From positions 21,103 to 85,102 of the forward strand of contig DATFDR010000011.1 in the NCBI GenBank assembly GCA_035251935.1: 64,000 bases of DNA, written 5' to 3'. Below are positions 1-9,850 of this stretch, in pieces. Under the pieces are notes generated by a model. It did no database searches. It had not been told where the DNA came from and worked only from the letters and a program-made list of their open reading frames with translations. A program made the position numbers and the translations under genes. Positions within the stretch are counted from its first letter, which is position 1. Each line of letters starts with the position of its first letter. Source of the stretch: Rhizomicrobium sp. (GTDB lineage: Bacteria; Pseudomonadota; Alphaproteobacteria; Micropepsales; Micropepsaceae).

Positions 1-320
1 AAGCGGGCATCGCGCGGGGCCAACTGATCCTGGACCCGGGCATGGGCCAATTTTTGGGTAGCGATCCGGAAAATTCCTGGATCATCCTGCGCCGTCTGCC
101 AGAGCTCAAAGCTCGCTATGGCTTGCCGCTGCTGGTTTCGGTCTCCCGCAAGGGCTTTTTGCGCAAGCTGGTAGGCCGCCCGCCCGTGGAGGCGGGGGCA
201 GCCAGCCTGGTCGCCGAACTCCAGGCCGCCAGCCATGGCGCCGATTATATCCGCACCCATGCGCCAGCCCCTTTGCGGGATGGTCTTAAGGTCCTGAAAA
301 ATCTGGGAAAGTGTTGTTAA
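1..320 (+). CDS. folP: Dihydropteroate synthase, C-terminal fragment (gene starts upstream of the window)
   Basis: The ORF is open to the 5-prime edge (frame from nt 3). The translation ..[31 protein letters not shown].. matches the DHPS C-terminus. folP-glmM synteny is typical. Confidence 0.8.
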   Translation, partial: AGIARGQLILDPGMGQFLGSDPENSWIILRRLPELKARYGLPLLVSVSRKGFLRKLVGRPPVEAGAASLVAELQAASHGADYIRTHAPAPLRDGLKVLKNLGKCC

Positions 321-373
321 CCTCCCGCAATCTCTTTGTGGTAAAACTCATCCATCATCAGGATTGCCCGCCC

Positions 374-1720
374 ATGACCCGCAAATATTTCGGCACTGAC
401 GGCATTCGAGGCCGCACCAACACCGCCAAGCTGACGCCGGAAGTGGCGCTGAAGGCAGGCATGGCGGCCGGGCGCATTTTCACCCGCGGCGATCATCGCC
501 ACCGGGTGGTGATCGGCAAGGATACCCGCCTGTCGGGCTATATGATCGAAAGCGCGCTGGTCTCCGGCTTCACCGCCGTGGGCATGGACGTGTTCCAGTT
601 CGGCCCGTTGCCCACACCCGCGGTGGCCATGCTGACCCGCTCCCTGCGCGCCGATCTGGGGGTGATGATCACCGCCTCGCACAATCCTTTTGAAGACAAT
701 GGCATCAAATTCTTCGGGCCCGACGGACAGAAATTGTCCGACGAGGTCGAAATGGAAATCGAGGCGCTGATGGCGGCGGGTCTGGAGCAGGGGCTTGCCC
801 CCAGCGCCAAAATCGGCCGCGCCAAGCGCATCGACGACAGCCAGGCGCGCTATATCGAATTCGCCAAGCGCACCTTCCCGCGCAACCTGCGTCTGGAAGG
901 CCTGCGCATCGTGATCGATTGCGCCAATGGCGCCGCCTACAAAGTGGCGCCGGAAGTGTTGTGGGAGCTGGGCGCCGACATCGTCACCCTGGGCGTGTCG
1001 CCGGACGGCACCAACATCAATTTCGAATGCGGCTCGACCGCGCCCCAAGCCATGTGCGCGCGGGTGCGCGAGGTGCGCGCCGATTTCGGCATCGCGCTGG
1101 ATGGCGACGCCGACCGGGTGGTGATGGCCGACGAAAAGGGTCAGATCATCGACGGCGATCAGATCCTGGCGCTGATCGCCAAGAGCTGGTCGAAAAACGA
1201 ACAGCTTAAGGGCGGCGGCGTGGTGGGCACGGTGATGTCCAATGCCGGCTTGGACCGCTATCTCAAGACTTTGGGGCTATCGTTGGCGCGCTCGCCGGTG
1301 GGCGACCGTTATGTGCTGGAGGAGATGGCCAAAGGCGGCTTCAATGTCGGCGGCGAACAGTCCGGCCATATCATTCTGTCGGATTTTTCCACCACCGGCG
1401 ACGGGCTGATCGCAGCGTTGCAGGTGCTGGCGGTGTTGGCGCAGGAAGGAAAGCCCGCCTCCCAGGCGGCGCATCTCTATGAACCTTTGCCGCAGATCCT
1501 GGAAAATGTGCGCTTCAAAAAAGGCTCGCCGCTGGACGATGTGAAGGTCAAGTCCAGCATCGAATCCGCCCATGCCACGCTGGGCGCTACGGGCCGTGTG
1601 TTGGTGCGCAAGTCGGGCACCGAACCCTTGATCCGCGTGATGGCGGAAGGCGAGGATGAAAAACTGGTGCGCGCCGTGGTGCGCCAGATTGCTTCGGCCA
1701 TTGAAGAGGTCGCGGCCTAG
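374..1720 (+). CDS. glmM: Phosphoglucosamine mutase
   Basis: [13 protein letters not shown] start motif and the active-site stretch ITASHNP. The ATG at 374 was chosen inside track ORF 311..1720. Confidence 0.95.
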   Translation: MTRKYFGTDGIRGRTNTAKLTPEVALKAGMAAGRIFTRGDHRHRVVIGKDTRLSGYMIESALVSGFTAVGMDVFQFGPLPTPAVAMLTRSLRADLGVMITASHNPFEDNGIKFFGPDGQKLSDEVEMEIEALMAAGLEQGLAPSAKIGRAKRIDDSQARYIEFAKRTFPRNLRLEGLRIVIDCANGAAYKVAPEVLWELGADIVTLGVSPDGTNINFECGSTAPQAMCARVREVRADFGIALDGDADRVVMADEKGQIIDGDQILALIAKSWSKNEQLKGGGVVGTVMSNAGLDRYLKTLGLSLARSPVGDRYVLEEMAKGGFNVGGEQSGHIILSDFSTTGDGLIAALQVLAVLAQEGKPASQAAHLYEPLPQILENVRFKKGSPLDDVKVKSSIESAHATLGATGRVLVRKSGTEPLIRVMAEGEDEKLVRAVVRQIASAIEEVAA

Positions 1721-2499
1721 TGACGCCCCGTATTCTGGTTATCGCCGGGTCCGACTCTTCCGGTGGGGCTGGACTCCAGGCCGATCTCAAGACCGCGCAG
1801 GCTTTCGGCGTTTATGCTCAGACCGCGGTTACCGCCGTCACGGTTCAAGACACGACCGGTGTAAAGTCTGTCCATCTCCTGCCGCCGCAAATCGTGGCGG
1901 CGCAGATTTCCGCAGCCCTTCAGGATATCGGCGCCGACGCCGTCAAGATCGGCATGCTGGGCAATGGCGCCATCGCGCGCGCCGTGGCCGATGCGCTGGA
2001 AGGGATCGACATTCCCCTGGTGCTGGATACGGTTCTGCTCTCCTCCAGCGGCGCGGCCTTGTTGGACGAGGAAGGCATCGGGATTCTCAAGAAGCGGCTG
2101 ATGCCGCGCGCCGCCCTGGTGACGCCGAATTTCCCGGAAGCCGAGGTCTTGACCGGTATCTACCCCAAAAGCGAACACCGGCTGCGCAATGCCGCGATGG
2201 TGCTTAAGATGCTGCGCACCGAGCATGTGTTGTTCAAGGGTGGGCATGGCGAAGGAGAGATCCTGTGCGATGTGCTGTGGAGCGGCGGAGAGTTCATTCC
2301 TTTTGAAGCGCCGCGTCAGGATACGCCACATACCCACGGCACCGGCTGCACCTTGGCCACGGCGATTGCCTGCGGGCTGGCGCAGAAGATGCCGCTGAAG
2401 GACGCGGTCGCCCGGGCGCATGCCTATGTGCAGGAAGCGATCCGGACCGCGCCGGGGCTGGGTTCGGGCTTAGGACCGCTAAATCACACGCCCGGATAG
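1720..2499 (+). CDS. thiD: Hydroxymethylpyrimidine / phosphomethylpyrimidine kinase
   Basis: ILVIAGSDSSGGAGLQADLKT.. N-terminus and a C-terminal THGTGCTLA motif. The GTG start overlaps the glmM stop by 1 nt. Confidence 0.9.
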   Translation: MTPRILVIAGSDSSGGAGLQADLKTAQAFGVYAQTAVTAVTVQDTTGVKSVHLLPPQIVAAQISAALQDIGADAVKIGMLGNGAIARAVADALEGIDIPLVLDTVLLSSSGAALLDEEGIGILKKRLMPRAALVTPNFPEAEVLTGIYPKSEHRLRNAAMVLKMLRTEHVLFKGGHGEGEILCDVLWSGGEFIPFEAPRQDTPHTHGTGCTLATAIACGLAQKMPLKDAVARAHAYVQEAIRTAPGLGSGLGPLNHTPG

Positions 2500-2529
2500 A
2501 GCCGCATGTCGGCGAGTCCGCTCACCAAT

Positions 2530-2724
2530 CCCTCTCCCCTTGAGGGAGAGGGCGCAAAATCTCGCACTTAGCGAAGCACATGCGGAGCTAAGTGCTTAGA
2601 TTTTGCGGGTGAGGGGTGCGTTCATGCACCCACTCACCCCTCACCTGAAAAATCAATGGGTTGAGCGTCGCTATCGCTCCGCTAACCCAATGATTTTTCT
2701 TCCTCTCCCTCAAGGGGAGAGGAA
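2530..2724. repeat. Array of five back-to-back perfect or near-perfect hairpins (REP-like)
   Basis: Arms read directly: ccctctccc/gggagaggg (2530-2552), cgcaaaatct..gcacttagc/gctaagtgc..agattttgcg (2553-2607), ggtgaggggtg/cacccctcacc (2608-2645), gaaaaatca.tgggtt.agcg/cgctaacccaatgatttttc (2647-2699), ttcctctccc/ggggagaggaa (2700-2724). Confidence 0.85.
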
Positions 2725-2820
2725 GAAAACGATGCGGGTTTCGCCATCAGGACGCGCGCTGCCCAGAATGACCAGTGGCAGCGGTGTCCGAGCGTACTCA
2801 GGTTTTCCTCCCCCTGCGCT

Positions 2821-2919
2821 TCGCTCGTGCTCGGCGCGTTCGTCGCTTTCGCAGATCCACCGTACCTGCTCACCGTCGCCACTACGCTGTCGCTAGGCGA
2901 CCGCGGGCCGCTTCTCACC
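2821..2919. repeat. Dispersed repeat, reverse-complement copy of the element at 29560-29635
   Basis: The reverse complement of 2821-2919 (ggtgagaagcggcccgc..gtagtggcgacggtgagcaggtacggtggatctgcgaaagcgacgaacg) aligns by eye with 29560-29635 (ggtgaggagcggtccgc..gtagcgtggcggatgagcaggtccagtggacctgcgagagcgacgaacg). Confidence 0.75.
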
Positions 2920-4204
2920 GATCCACAAAAGGATCCTGCACCATGATGGTGTCGTCACGGTCGGGGCTGGTGGAGAGCAACACCACCGGCGCGCCGATCA
3001 ATTCTTCCACCCTGCGGACATATTTGATGGCATTGGCGGGAAGCTGGGCCCAGCTTCTGGCGCCGGCGGTGGTCTCGCTCCAGCCTTGCAGCGTCTCATA
3101 GACGGGCGTCAGCCGCGCCTGCTGATTGGCGTCGGCGGGCAGGTAATCCAGCGTCTCGCCATCCAGCCGATAGCCGACACACACTTTAATCTGCTCGAAC
3201 CCGTCCAGCACATCCAGCTTGGTCAGGGCGATGCCGTCCACGCCGCCGGTGACGCAGGTCTGGCGCACCAGAACGGCGTCGAACCAGCCGCAGCGGCGTT
3301 TTCTGCCCGTGACGGTGCCGAACTCGTGGCCGCGCTCGCCCAGCCTTTCGCCGGTAGCGTCCTTGAGTTCGGTGGGGAAGGGCCCTTCACCGACGCGGGT
3401 GGTGTAGCTTTTGACAATGCCCAGCACGGTGCCGATGGCGCGCGGGGAAACGCCCGCGCCCGCCGCCGCCTGGCCCGCTACGGTGTTGGACGAGGTGACA
3501 AAGGGATAGGTGCCGTGATCGATGTCCAGCAGCACGGCCTGTGCGCCTTCGAACAATACCCGCTTGCCCGCCTTGCGCGCGGCATCCAGCGCGCGCCAGG
3601 ACGAACCCAGGAAGGGCGCGATCTTGGGCGCGATCTCATTCAAGGATTTCAGCAGCGCGCCCGCGTCCACTTCCGCCGCGCCAAAACCTTTGCGCAACAC
3701 ATTGTGGTGCGCCAAAAGCCGATCGATCTTGCCGGACAGCGAGGCGGGGTCTTTCAGGTCAATGGCGCGAAGGGCGCGGCGGCCGACCTTGTCTTCATAA
3801 GCCGGACCGATGCCGCGCTTGGTGGTGCCCAGTTTCTGGGAGGCAGCTTCCTCGCGCAGCGCGTCCAATTCGCGGTGCAGTGGCAGAACCAGCACCGCAT
3901 TCTCCGCCAGCACCAGAATATCCGGCGTGACCGTCAAGCCGGCGGCGCCGACGCGTGCGATTTCCTCCAGCAGCGACCAAGGATCCACCACCACGCCATT
4001 GCCGATGATGGAGCGCTTGCCCTGGACCACGCCCGAAGGCAGCAGCGACAGCTTGTAGGTTTTGTCGCCCACCACGATGGTGTGACCGGCATTGTTGCCG
4101 CCCTGGAACCGCACCACCATGTCGGCGCGGTTGGACAGCCAGTCGATGATCTTGCCTTTGCCTTCGTCGCCCCATTGGGCGCCGATCACCGTGACGTTGG
4201 ACAT
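2915..4204 (-). CDS. purA: Adenylosuccinate synthetase
   Basis: [33 protein letters not shown], the classic PurA N-terminus; 429 aa. Confidence 0.95.
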   Translation of the reverse strand: MSNVTVIGAQWGDEGKGKIIDWLSNRADMVVRFQGGNNAGHTIVVGDKTYKLSLLPSGVVQGKRSIIGNGVVVDPWSLLEEIARVGAAGLTVTPDILVLAENAVLVLPLHRELDALREEAASQKLGTTKRGIGPAYEDKVGRRALRAIDLKDPASLSGKIDRLLAHHNVLRKGFGAAEVDAGALLKSLNEIAPKIAPFLGSSWRALDAARKAGKRVLFEGAQAVLLDIDHGTYPFVTSSNTVAGQAAAGAGVSPRAIGTVLGIVKSYTTRVGEGPFPTELKDATGERLGERGHEFGTVTGRKRRCGWFDAVLVRQTCVTGGVDGIALTKLDVLDGFEQIKVCVGYRLDGETLDYLPADANQQARLTPVYETLQGWSETTAGARSWAQLPANAIKYVRRVEELIGAPVVLLSTSPDRDDTIMVQDPFVDR

Positions 4205-4347
4205 ATGGTATTTCCGTACCCTGAGTATGCCGCGTGAGACATTGCGCGCAAGCGCGCGTCCTTGCTCGTGGACCTCGCACGGACCGGTAGCCGCTTATAG
4301 CAGGCGCGGGGCGCGGCGTAAGGGGCAGAATGCCGCGTGGGCGCAAA

Positions 4348-5058
4348 TCAATAGAAGACGCGGTAGGCTACCGTGATGATTTCGCCGGAATCTCGATCTA
4401 TCAACAGGGCGTCGGGACCTACCCGAACCCAAATGGCGCCATAAGGCGGGGGTGGCAGGTCATAGACCGAGAAATCCTCAAGCCAATAGTCCCGCACCCA
4501 AAAGGCCGTGGGCAGGAATTCACCAAACGTCCAGCGATGCTCGTACCAGCCCGCGGGGCGGCGGTAATAGGGCGCGCGGAAGCGGCGCTGCGCATAATAG
4601 CTGCGGTGAAAATCGCGGAAGCCGCTGAAGTCGCGGCGCGGCCCGCCATAGGGCGTGCGATAAGAGGTGCGGCCATCCCGATTCCAGTCCCGTCTGTCGC
4701 TGGCGCGTCTTTCCCAGTCGCGTCTGTCATGGGGCCGCCAATTGCCGTCCCGTCCGCGGTCCCGTTGCCATCCCTCCCGGCGCTGCTCACCGCCGCCGCG
4801 GTCCGCCCTGCGATTGTCGCCTTGGGAATTGCCGCTTTGAGACTGGGGTGCGTTGCCGCGCAGAACCTCCCGCTCGCCGCGAGCGCGCTCCATGCGGTTG
4901 TTCTGTTGGGGCTCAGCCTGACGGCGCAATTCGGCTTGCGCTCGGTCCTGCACTTCGGGCGCCACGCTGGCCTTGCCGACTCGATTGGAAGGCGGCTGGG
5001 CCGTGACAGGCCCAAGAGCCAAAAGGACTATACCCGTGGCAATCAAAAATCGGCGCAT
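4348..5058 (-). CDS. Secreted RcnB-like / Arg-Asp-Trp-rich periplasmic protein
   Basis: Signal-peptide-like start MRRFLIATGIVLLALGPVTAQ (ATG at 5058). Low-complexity DRRDWERR/DRRDWNRD repeats. The C-terminal ..WVRVGPDALLIDRDSGEIITVAYRVFY resembles RcnB-family tails. Confidence 0.6.
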   Translation of the reverse strand: MRRFLIATGIVLLALGPVTAQPPSNRVGKASVAPEVQDRAQAELRRQAEPQQNNRMERARGEREVLRGNAPQSQSGNSQGDNRRADRGGGEQRREGWQRDRGRDGNWRPHDRRDWERRASDRRDWNRDGRTSYRTPYGGPRRDFSGFRDFHRSYYAQRRFRAPYYRRPAGWYEHRWTFGEFLPTAFWVRDYWLEDFSVYDLPPPPYGAIWVRVGPDALLIDRDSGEIITVAYRVFY

Positions 5059-5143
5059 CAAACGACCTAAGCAAACTACCCAATAGTAACCAGCGTCAAC
5101 CGATTGGGTTCCCATTGGTTCCGCATGGTCTTATGGTCGGCGA

Positions 5144-5614
5144 ATGAGCGATTTTTCCATCCGCGCCGCCACGCAGGAAGATGCCGCCATTGTCGTGTCG
5201 CTGCTCAAGGACTTGGCGGCTTATGAAAAATTGCTGGAAAATTTTGTCTTGGACGAAGACCGGGTTCGCCGCGATATGCTGGGAGATGCCTGCTATTGCG
5301 CGGTAGGATTTTTGGGTGAGGCGCCTTGCGGTATCGCCACCTGGTTTTGGACCTATAAAAGCTTTGGCGCCCGGCGCGGTCTGTTTGTGGAAGACCTGTA
5401 TGTGAGGCCAAAATTTCGCAGCCAGGGCCTGGGCCGCAGACTGCTGGCCCATCTGGCGGAAAAAGCGCGCGCGCAGAACGGTTTTCTGGAATGGCAGGTG
5501 CTGGATTGGAACGCGCCGTCCATCGCCTTCTACAAAAGCCTGGGCGCGGCGCCGGTTGAAGATTGGTTGACCTACCGTTTGGAGGGCGAAGGCCTTAAAA
5601 GCCTGTGCCCATGA
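5144..5614 (+). CDS. GNAT-family N-acetyltransferase
   Basis: 156 aa with ..LFVEDLYVRPKFRSQGLGRRLL.. (acetyl-CoA binding Q/RxxGxG/A motif). Confidence 0.8.
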   Translation: MSDFSIRAATQEDAAIVVSLLKDLAAYEKLLENFVLDEDRVRRDMLGDACYCAVGFLGEAPCGIATWFWTYKSFGARRGLFVEDLYVRPKFRSQGLGRRLLAHLAEKARAQNGFLEWQVLDWNAPSIAFYKSLGAAPVEDWLTYRLEGEGLKSLCP

Positions 5615-6084
5615 GCGAGATCGTTTTGGTGGTGGCCATCGCGCGCAACGGCGTCATCGGCAAGAACGGCGCGATCCCCTGGCATATTTCCGACGATTTG
5701 AAGCGCTTCAAGGCGCTGACCATGGGTTATACGATTGTGATGGGCCGCAGGACCTGGGATTCGCTGCCCAAAAAGCCGCTGCCTGGCCGGATCAATGTGG
5801 TGCTGACCCGGCAAAAGGACTGGCAGGCTGAAGGCGCGGTTACTGCGTCATCGCTGGACCAGGCGGCGGCTGGCACTTCCGGTACTGTCATGGTGATCGG
5901 CGGCGCGGAAATTTATCAACGCGCCTTGCCGTTAGCGTCGCGGATCGAATTGACCGAGGTGCACAAGGATTTCGAGGGCGATGCGCGGTTCGAGCTGGAT
6001 CGCACCGGCTGGCGCGAAACTGCGCGCGAGGACCGCGTCACGCTGGATGGCCTGCGCTATAGTTATGTGACGCTTACGCGATAA
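5611..6084 (+). CDS. folA: Dihydrofolate reductase
   Basis: IVLVVAIARNGVIGKNGAIPWHISDDLKRFKALTMGYTIVMGRRTWDSLP. The ATG at 5611 forms an ATGA overlap with the GNAT stop. Confidence 0.9.
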   Translation: MSEIVLVVAIARNGVIGKNGAIPWHISDDLKRFKALTMGYTIVMGRRTWDSLPKKPLPGRINVVLTRQKDWQAEGAVTASSLDQAAAGTSGTVMVIGGAEIYQRALPLASRIELTEVHKDFEGDARFELDRTGWRETAREDRVTLDGLRYSYVTLTR

Positions 6085-6087
6085 CGA

Positions 6088-7209
6088 TCATTCCATAATG
6101 ATCTGAGGCGCGGGCTTTGAGGCGGTTTCCAGCGCCGCCGCGACTTTTTTTGCCAAATCCAGAAAGGCTTTGGCTTCGGGTCCATCGGGGGCCGACACGC
6201 TGACCGGATTGCCGGAGTCGGAGGTTTCGCGGATGCGCGGCACCAGGGGAATTTCGCCCAGGAAGGGCGCGCCCAATTTTTCTGCGGTCTCCCGCGCTCC
6301 GCCGTGACCGAAAATCGCGTGCCTCGCTCCGCAATCGGGGCAGGTGAACATGGACATATTCTCCACCACGCCCAGGATCGGCACCTGAGTCTTCTTGAAC
6401 ATGGCGATGCCTTTCTTGGCATCGATCAGGGCGATGTCCTGCGGGGTGGAGACGATGACCGCGCCCTTGAGCGGCACGCGTTGCGCGATGGTGAGCTGCG
6501 CGTCACCCGTACCCGGCGGCATGTCCAGCACCAGCACATCCAGTGGCGCCCCAGGGGTTGCCCAAGCGACGTCGTTGAGCATCTGTGTCAGCGCGCTTTG
6601 CACCATGGGACCGCGCCAGATCATGGCTTCGTCTTCCTTGACCAGGAAACCGATGCTCATGGTCTTGAGGCCGTGCCGCGCGATGGGCAGCAGAGTCTTG
6701 CCGGTGCTTTCCGGTTTTTCCGTGATGCCCAGCAGGCGCGGCAGGGATGGGCCGTAAATATCGGCGTCCAGCAGGCCCACCTTTAGGCCCAGTCTGGACA
6801 GCGACAGCGCCAGATTGACCGCGACAGTGGATTTGCCCACCCCACCCTTGCCGCTGGCCACCGCGATAATGTTTTTGACGCCTGGAATGCCGGCGGGAGG
6901 AGGCGGAGCTTGACGGGCGACCGCAGGCTTGGGGGCATGTTCATGACGGTGCGCCGGGTGATCGTCATGAGCGGTCAAAACGGCGGTGACGGATTTGACG
7001 CCCTTCACCCCCAGCACCATGGCCTCGCAAATCTTGCGCAAGGGTTCGGATTGCGGGCCGCGGCCGGGGGGAACCTCCAGCACAAAGCCGACATGGCCAT
7101 CCTTGACCACCAGACCTTGGATCATATCCTGCTGTACCACGGTGCGGCCGCTGACCGGGTCCGTCACCTGATCCAGGGCTTGCAAAATCTCTTCGCGGGC
7201 GACGCTCAT
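6088..7209 (-). CDS. apbC: Fe-S cluster carrier ATPase (Mrp/ApbC/NBP35 family)
   Basis: N-terminal MIP18-like domain plus the deviant Walker A IAVASGKGGVGKST, and a CPDCG motif near the C-terminus. Confidence 0.9.
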   Translation of the reverse strand: MSVAREEILQALDQVTDPVSGRTVVQQDMIQGLVVKDGHVGFVLEVPPGRGPQSEPLRKICEAMVLGVKGVKSVTAVLTAHDDHPAHRHEHAPKPAVARQAPPPPAGIPGVKNIIAVASGKGGVGKSTVAVNLALSLSRLGLKVGLLDADIYGPSLPRLLGITEKPESTGKTLLPIARHGLKTMSIGFLVKEDEAMIWRGPMVQSALTQMLNDVAWATPGAPLDVLVLDMPPGTGDAQLTIAQRVPLKGAVIVSTPQDIALIDAKKGIAMFKKTQVPILGVVENMSMFTCPDCGARHAIFGHGGARETAEKLGAPFLGEIPLVPRIRETSDSGNPVSVSAPDGPEAKAFLDLAKKVAAALETASKPAPQIIME

Positions 7210-7361
7210 GGGCCGGGGTATAGCCCCCGCCCTGGCAGAATCCTAGTCGCCGGCCGGTGTGCGAAAAAACCATGCCGAAATCGGGTTTTTGCCTATTTGT
7301 TCCCTTTTTCCCTGCCTAAACTGGCGACCGATTCCTCCTCCTGACCGTTCCGGGAACGACC

Positions 7362-8780
7362 ATGCGTGTTCTGCTTGTCCTTTTGGCGTTTGTCATCGCC
7401 ACGCCCGCTTGGGCGCGGCCTGCGCCTGATTCCTTCGCCGATCTGGCGAACAAGCTGCTGCCCACGGTGGTCAATATCTCCACCAGCCAGACTTTGAAGG
7501 CGCCGCCGCAAAACGCCATGCCGCAGCTGCCGCCGGGATCGCCGCTGGAGGATCTGTTCAAAAACTTCCTGGGACCCAAATCCAACACCCCGCGTCATGT
7601 CACCTCGCTGGGCTCGGGCTTTATCATCGATCCGGCCGGATACATCGTCACCAACAATCATGTCATCGAGGACAGCGAACAGATCACCGTGGCGCTGCAG
7701 GACGGCACGCAGTTGCCGGCCCGAGTGGTGGGCCGTGACGTCAAGACCGACATTGCCTTGCTGAAAGTCGCGCCGCGCAAGCCTTTGCCCGCCACGCATT
7801 TCGGCGACAGCGATAAGGCGCGGGTTGGCGATTGGGTGATCGCCATTGGCGATCCCTTCGGCATCGGCTCCACCGTCACCGCCGGCATCGTCTCGGCGCG
7901 CAATCGCAATATCAATGCCGGGCCTTATGACGATTTCATCCAGACCGATGCGCCGATCAATCGCGGCAATTCCGGCGGGCCGCTGTTCGACATGGACGGC
8001 AATGTGGTGGGTATCAATTCGGCGATCTTTTCGCCGTCCGGCGGCAGCGTCGGTATCGGTTTTGCCATTCCCGCCAATCTGGCGCGCGAGGTGGTGGGGC
8101 AATTGCGCCAGTTCGGTGTGGCGCGGCGCGGCTGGATCGGGGTGCGCATCCAACAAGTGACGCCGGAGATCGCCGAAGGTCTGGGCCTGCCCACCTCTCA
8201 AGGCGCGCTGGTGGCCGATGTCACCAAGGGCGGGCCTGCGGCGCGCGCCGGACTCGTCAATGGCGATTTGATCACCGCCTTTGACGGCAAGGCGGTGAAT
8301 GACGACCGCGCCTTGCCGCGTATCGTGGCCGACACGCCCATCGGCAAGACCGTGAGCTTGGATCTGCTGCGCAAGGGCAAAAAGCAAAGCAGGAAGATCA
8401 CGGTCCAGAAGCTGGCCGACGACGCCAGGATGGACAAGCCGGCCAAGCCGCTGCCTCCGCCCAAGCCTGGCAAGAAGCAATCGCCCTTGGCGCAGCTGGG
8501 CCTTAGCTTGGGCGCGCTGGATGCGCCCACGCGCAGCAAATTCAAGATCGGTAACGCTGTGCAAGGCGTGGCGGTGACGGTTGTCGAGCCCGGCAGCCCC
8601 AGTGCGGAAAAAAATCTGCGCGCGGGCGATGTGATCGTGGAAGTGGGCGGGGTGGCGGTGAAGACGCCCGAGGATGTCGTCAAGCGCGTGGACGCCGATG
8701 CCAAAGCCGGCAAGAAGGTTGCGCTGATGCTGGTCAATCGGGGCGGCGATCTTCAGTATCTAGGGCTCAGATTGAACTAA
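7362..8780 (+). CDS. degP: Periplasmic serine endoprotease, DegP/HtrA family (two PDZ domains)
   Basis: Signal peptide MRVLLVLLAFVIATPAWA, GSGFIID..IVTNNHV, GNSGGPL catalytic serine motif, long C-terminal PDZ region. Confidence 0.9.
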   Translation: MRVLLVLLAFVIATPAWARPAPDSFADLANKLLPTVVNISTSQTLKAPPQNAMPQLPPGSPLEDLFKNFLGPKSNTPRHVTSLGSGFIIDPAGYIVTNNHVIEDSEQITVALQDGTQLPARVVGRDVKTDIALLKVAPRKPLPATHFGDSDKARVGDWVIAIGDPFGIGSTVTAGIVSARNRNINAGPYDDFIQTDAPINRGNSGGPLFDMDGNVVGINSAIFSPSGGSVGIGFAIPANLAREVVGQLRQFGVARRGWIGVRIQQVTPEIAEGLGLPTSQGALVADVTKGGPAARAGLVNGDLITAFDGKAVNDDRALPRIVADTPIGKTVSLDLLRKGKKQSRKITVQKLADDARMDKPAKPLPPPKPGKKQSPLAQLGLSLGALDAPTRSKFKIGNAVQGVAVTVVEPGSPSAEKNLRAGDVIVEVGGVAVKTPEDVVKRVDADAKAGKKVALMLVNRGGDLQYLGLRLN

Positions 8781-8845
8781 CTCCTCTGCCTTCGCTGGCA
8801 CGCGTGCCGGAACGCTTTCGCGCATTTCACGCCTGTCCAACCCCT

Positions 8846-8982
8846 CTGTCATTCCCGGCCGAGCATCGCGCAAGCGATGCGAGGGGAAGGGAACCCAGGT
8901 GGACAGACCGGGCGTGATCCATCCACCTGGGTCCCCTTCCCTCACGACGCATCGTTGATGCGTCGTTCGCCGGGGATGACAG
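8846..8982. repeat. Nested palindromic REP-like element
   Basis: Outer arms ctgtcattcccggc / gccggggatgacag. Inner hairpins gcatcgc-gcaa-gcgatgc, ggggaagggaacccaggtgga / tccacctgggtccccttccc, and acgacgcatc-gttg-atgcgtcgt. Confidence 0.8.
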
Positions 8983-8989
8983 GTAGAGT

Positions 8990-9841
8990 TCAATCGGTCC
9001 GCACGATTTCACTGTCGTCATAACCCTGCAGGTACAGCAGCGCCGTCAGGTCGTTGTGGTTGATGGCCGCGCCCGCTGCCTCGGCCACAATCGGCTTGGC
9101 GTGATAGGCCACGCCAAGTCCGGCGCGCCCGATCATGGCCAGATCGTTGGCGCCGTCGCCCACCGCCAGGGTTTGCGCGAAGGTGATCTTCAGCCTTGCG
9201 GCGGCGTCTTCCAAGGCTTGCAATTTGGCCTCGCGGCCCAGGATGGGCATGGCAACCTCGCCGGTCAGCCGTGCGCCGTCGTCCAGCAGAATGTTGCCGC
9301 GTTCGGCATCAAAGCCGGCATCTTGCGCCACCCGGCGGGTGAAATAGCCGAAGCCGCCACTCACCAACATGGTATGGGCGCCGTTGGCACGCATGGTGGC
9401 CAGCAGCGACTTGGCACCGGGATTGAGCCGCACCCGTTCGGCATAGGTGCGTTCCAGCGCATCGAGCGACAGCCCCTTGAGCATGCCGACGCGTTCCTGC
9501 AGCGCCGCCTCGAATTCCAATTCTCCCCGCATGGCACGTTCGGTGATGGCGGCGATCTGCGGCTTCAGCCCGGCCATGTCGGCCAGTTCGTCCAGGCATT
9601 CGACATTGATGATGGTGGAATCCATATCGGCCAGCAGCAGTTTTTTGCGGCGTCTGTCCGTGGCGATCAGATTGATATCCAACGCCAGGCCGCTGGCCAG
9701 CGCGCGCGCTTGCGTCAGGACATCGCCGCAAACCGGCAGGTCGAAGGCATGGCCAGGGGAAAGGATTTTCGCAGCGCCCGTGGCTAATCCAGCGAACAAA
9801 GCCGGCTGCGCGCTCTTGCCGATGACATTCAGAACAAACAT
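8990..9841 (-). CDS. serB: Phosphoserine phosphatase (HAD family)
   Basis: LLLADMDSTIINVECLDELA.. (DxDST), ..LVSGGF.., ..AVGDGANDLAMI... The ATG at 9841 was chosen; the longer track ORF to 10111 would run antisense through miaA. Confidence 0.85.
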   Translation of the reverse strand: MFVLNVIGKSAQPALFAGLATGAAKILSPGHAFDLPVCGDVLTQARALASGLALDINLIATDRRRKKLLLADMDSTIINVECLDELADMAGLKPQIAAITERAMRGELEFEAALQERVGMLKGLSLDALERTYAERVRLNPGAKSLLATMRANGAHTMLVSGGFGYFTRRVAQDAGFDAERGNILLDDGARLTGEVAMPILGREAKLQALEDAAARLKITFAQTLAVGDGANDLAMIGRAGLGVAYHAKPIVAEAAGAAINHNDLTALLYLQGYDDSEIVRTD

Positions 9842-9850
9842 TCTGCCCGC

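Noticed and set aside
2530-2724. Possible CRISPR array, because of regularly spaced repeats
   Set aside because: The units are five different inverted repeats (hairpins) abutting each other. They are not identical direct repeats separated by unique spacers, and no cas genes are present.
4330-5070. 246-aa plus-strand ORF competing with the minus-strand RcnB-like gene
   Set aside because: The minus-strand reading gives a proper signal peptide and an RcnB-like C-terminal beta motif. The plus-strand product is Ala/Pro/Arg-rich with no features.
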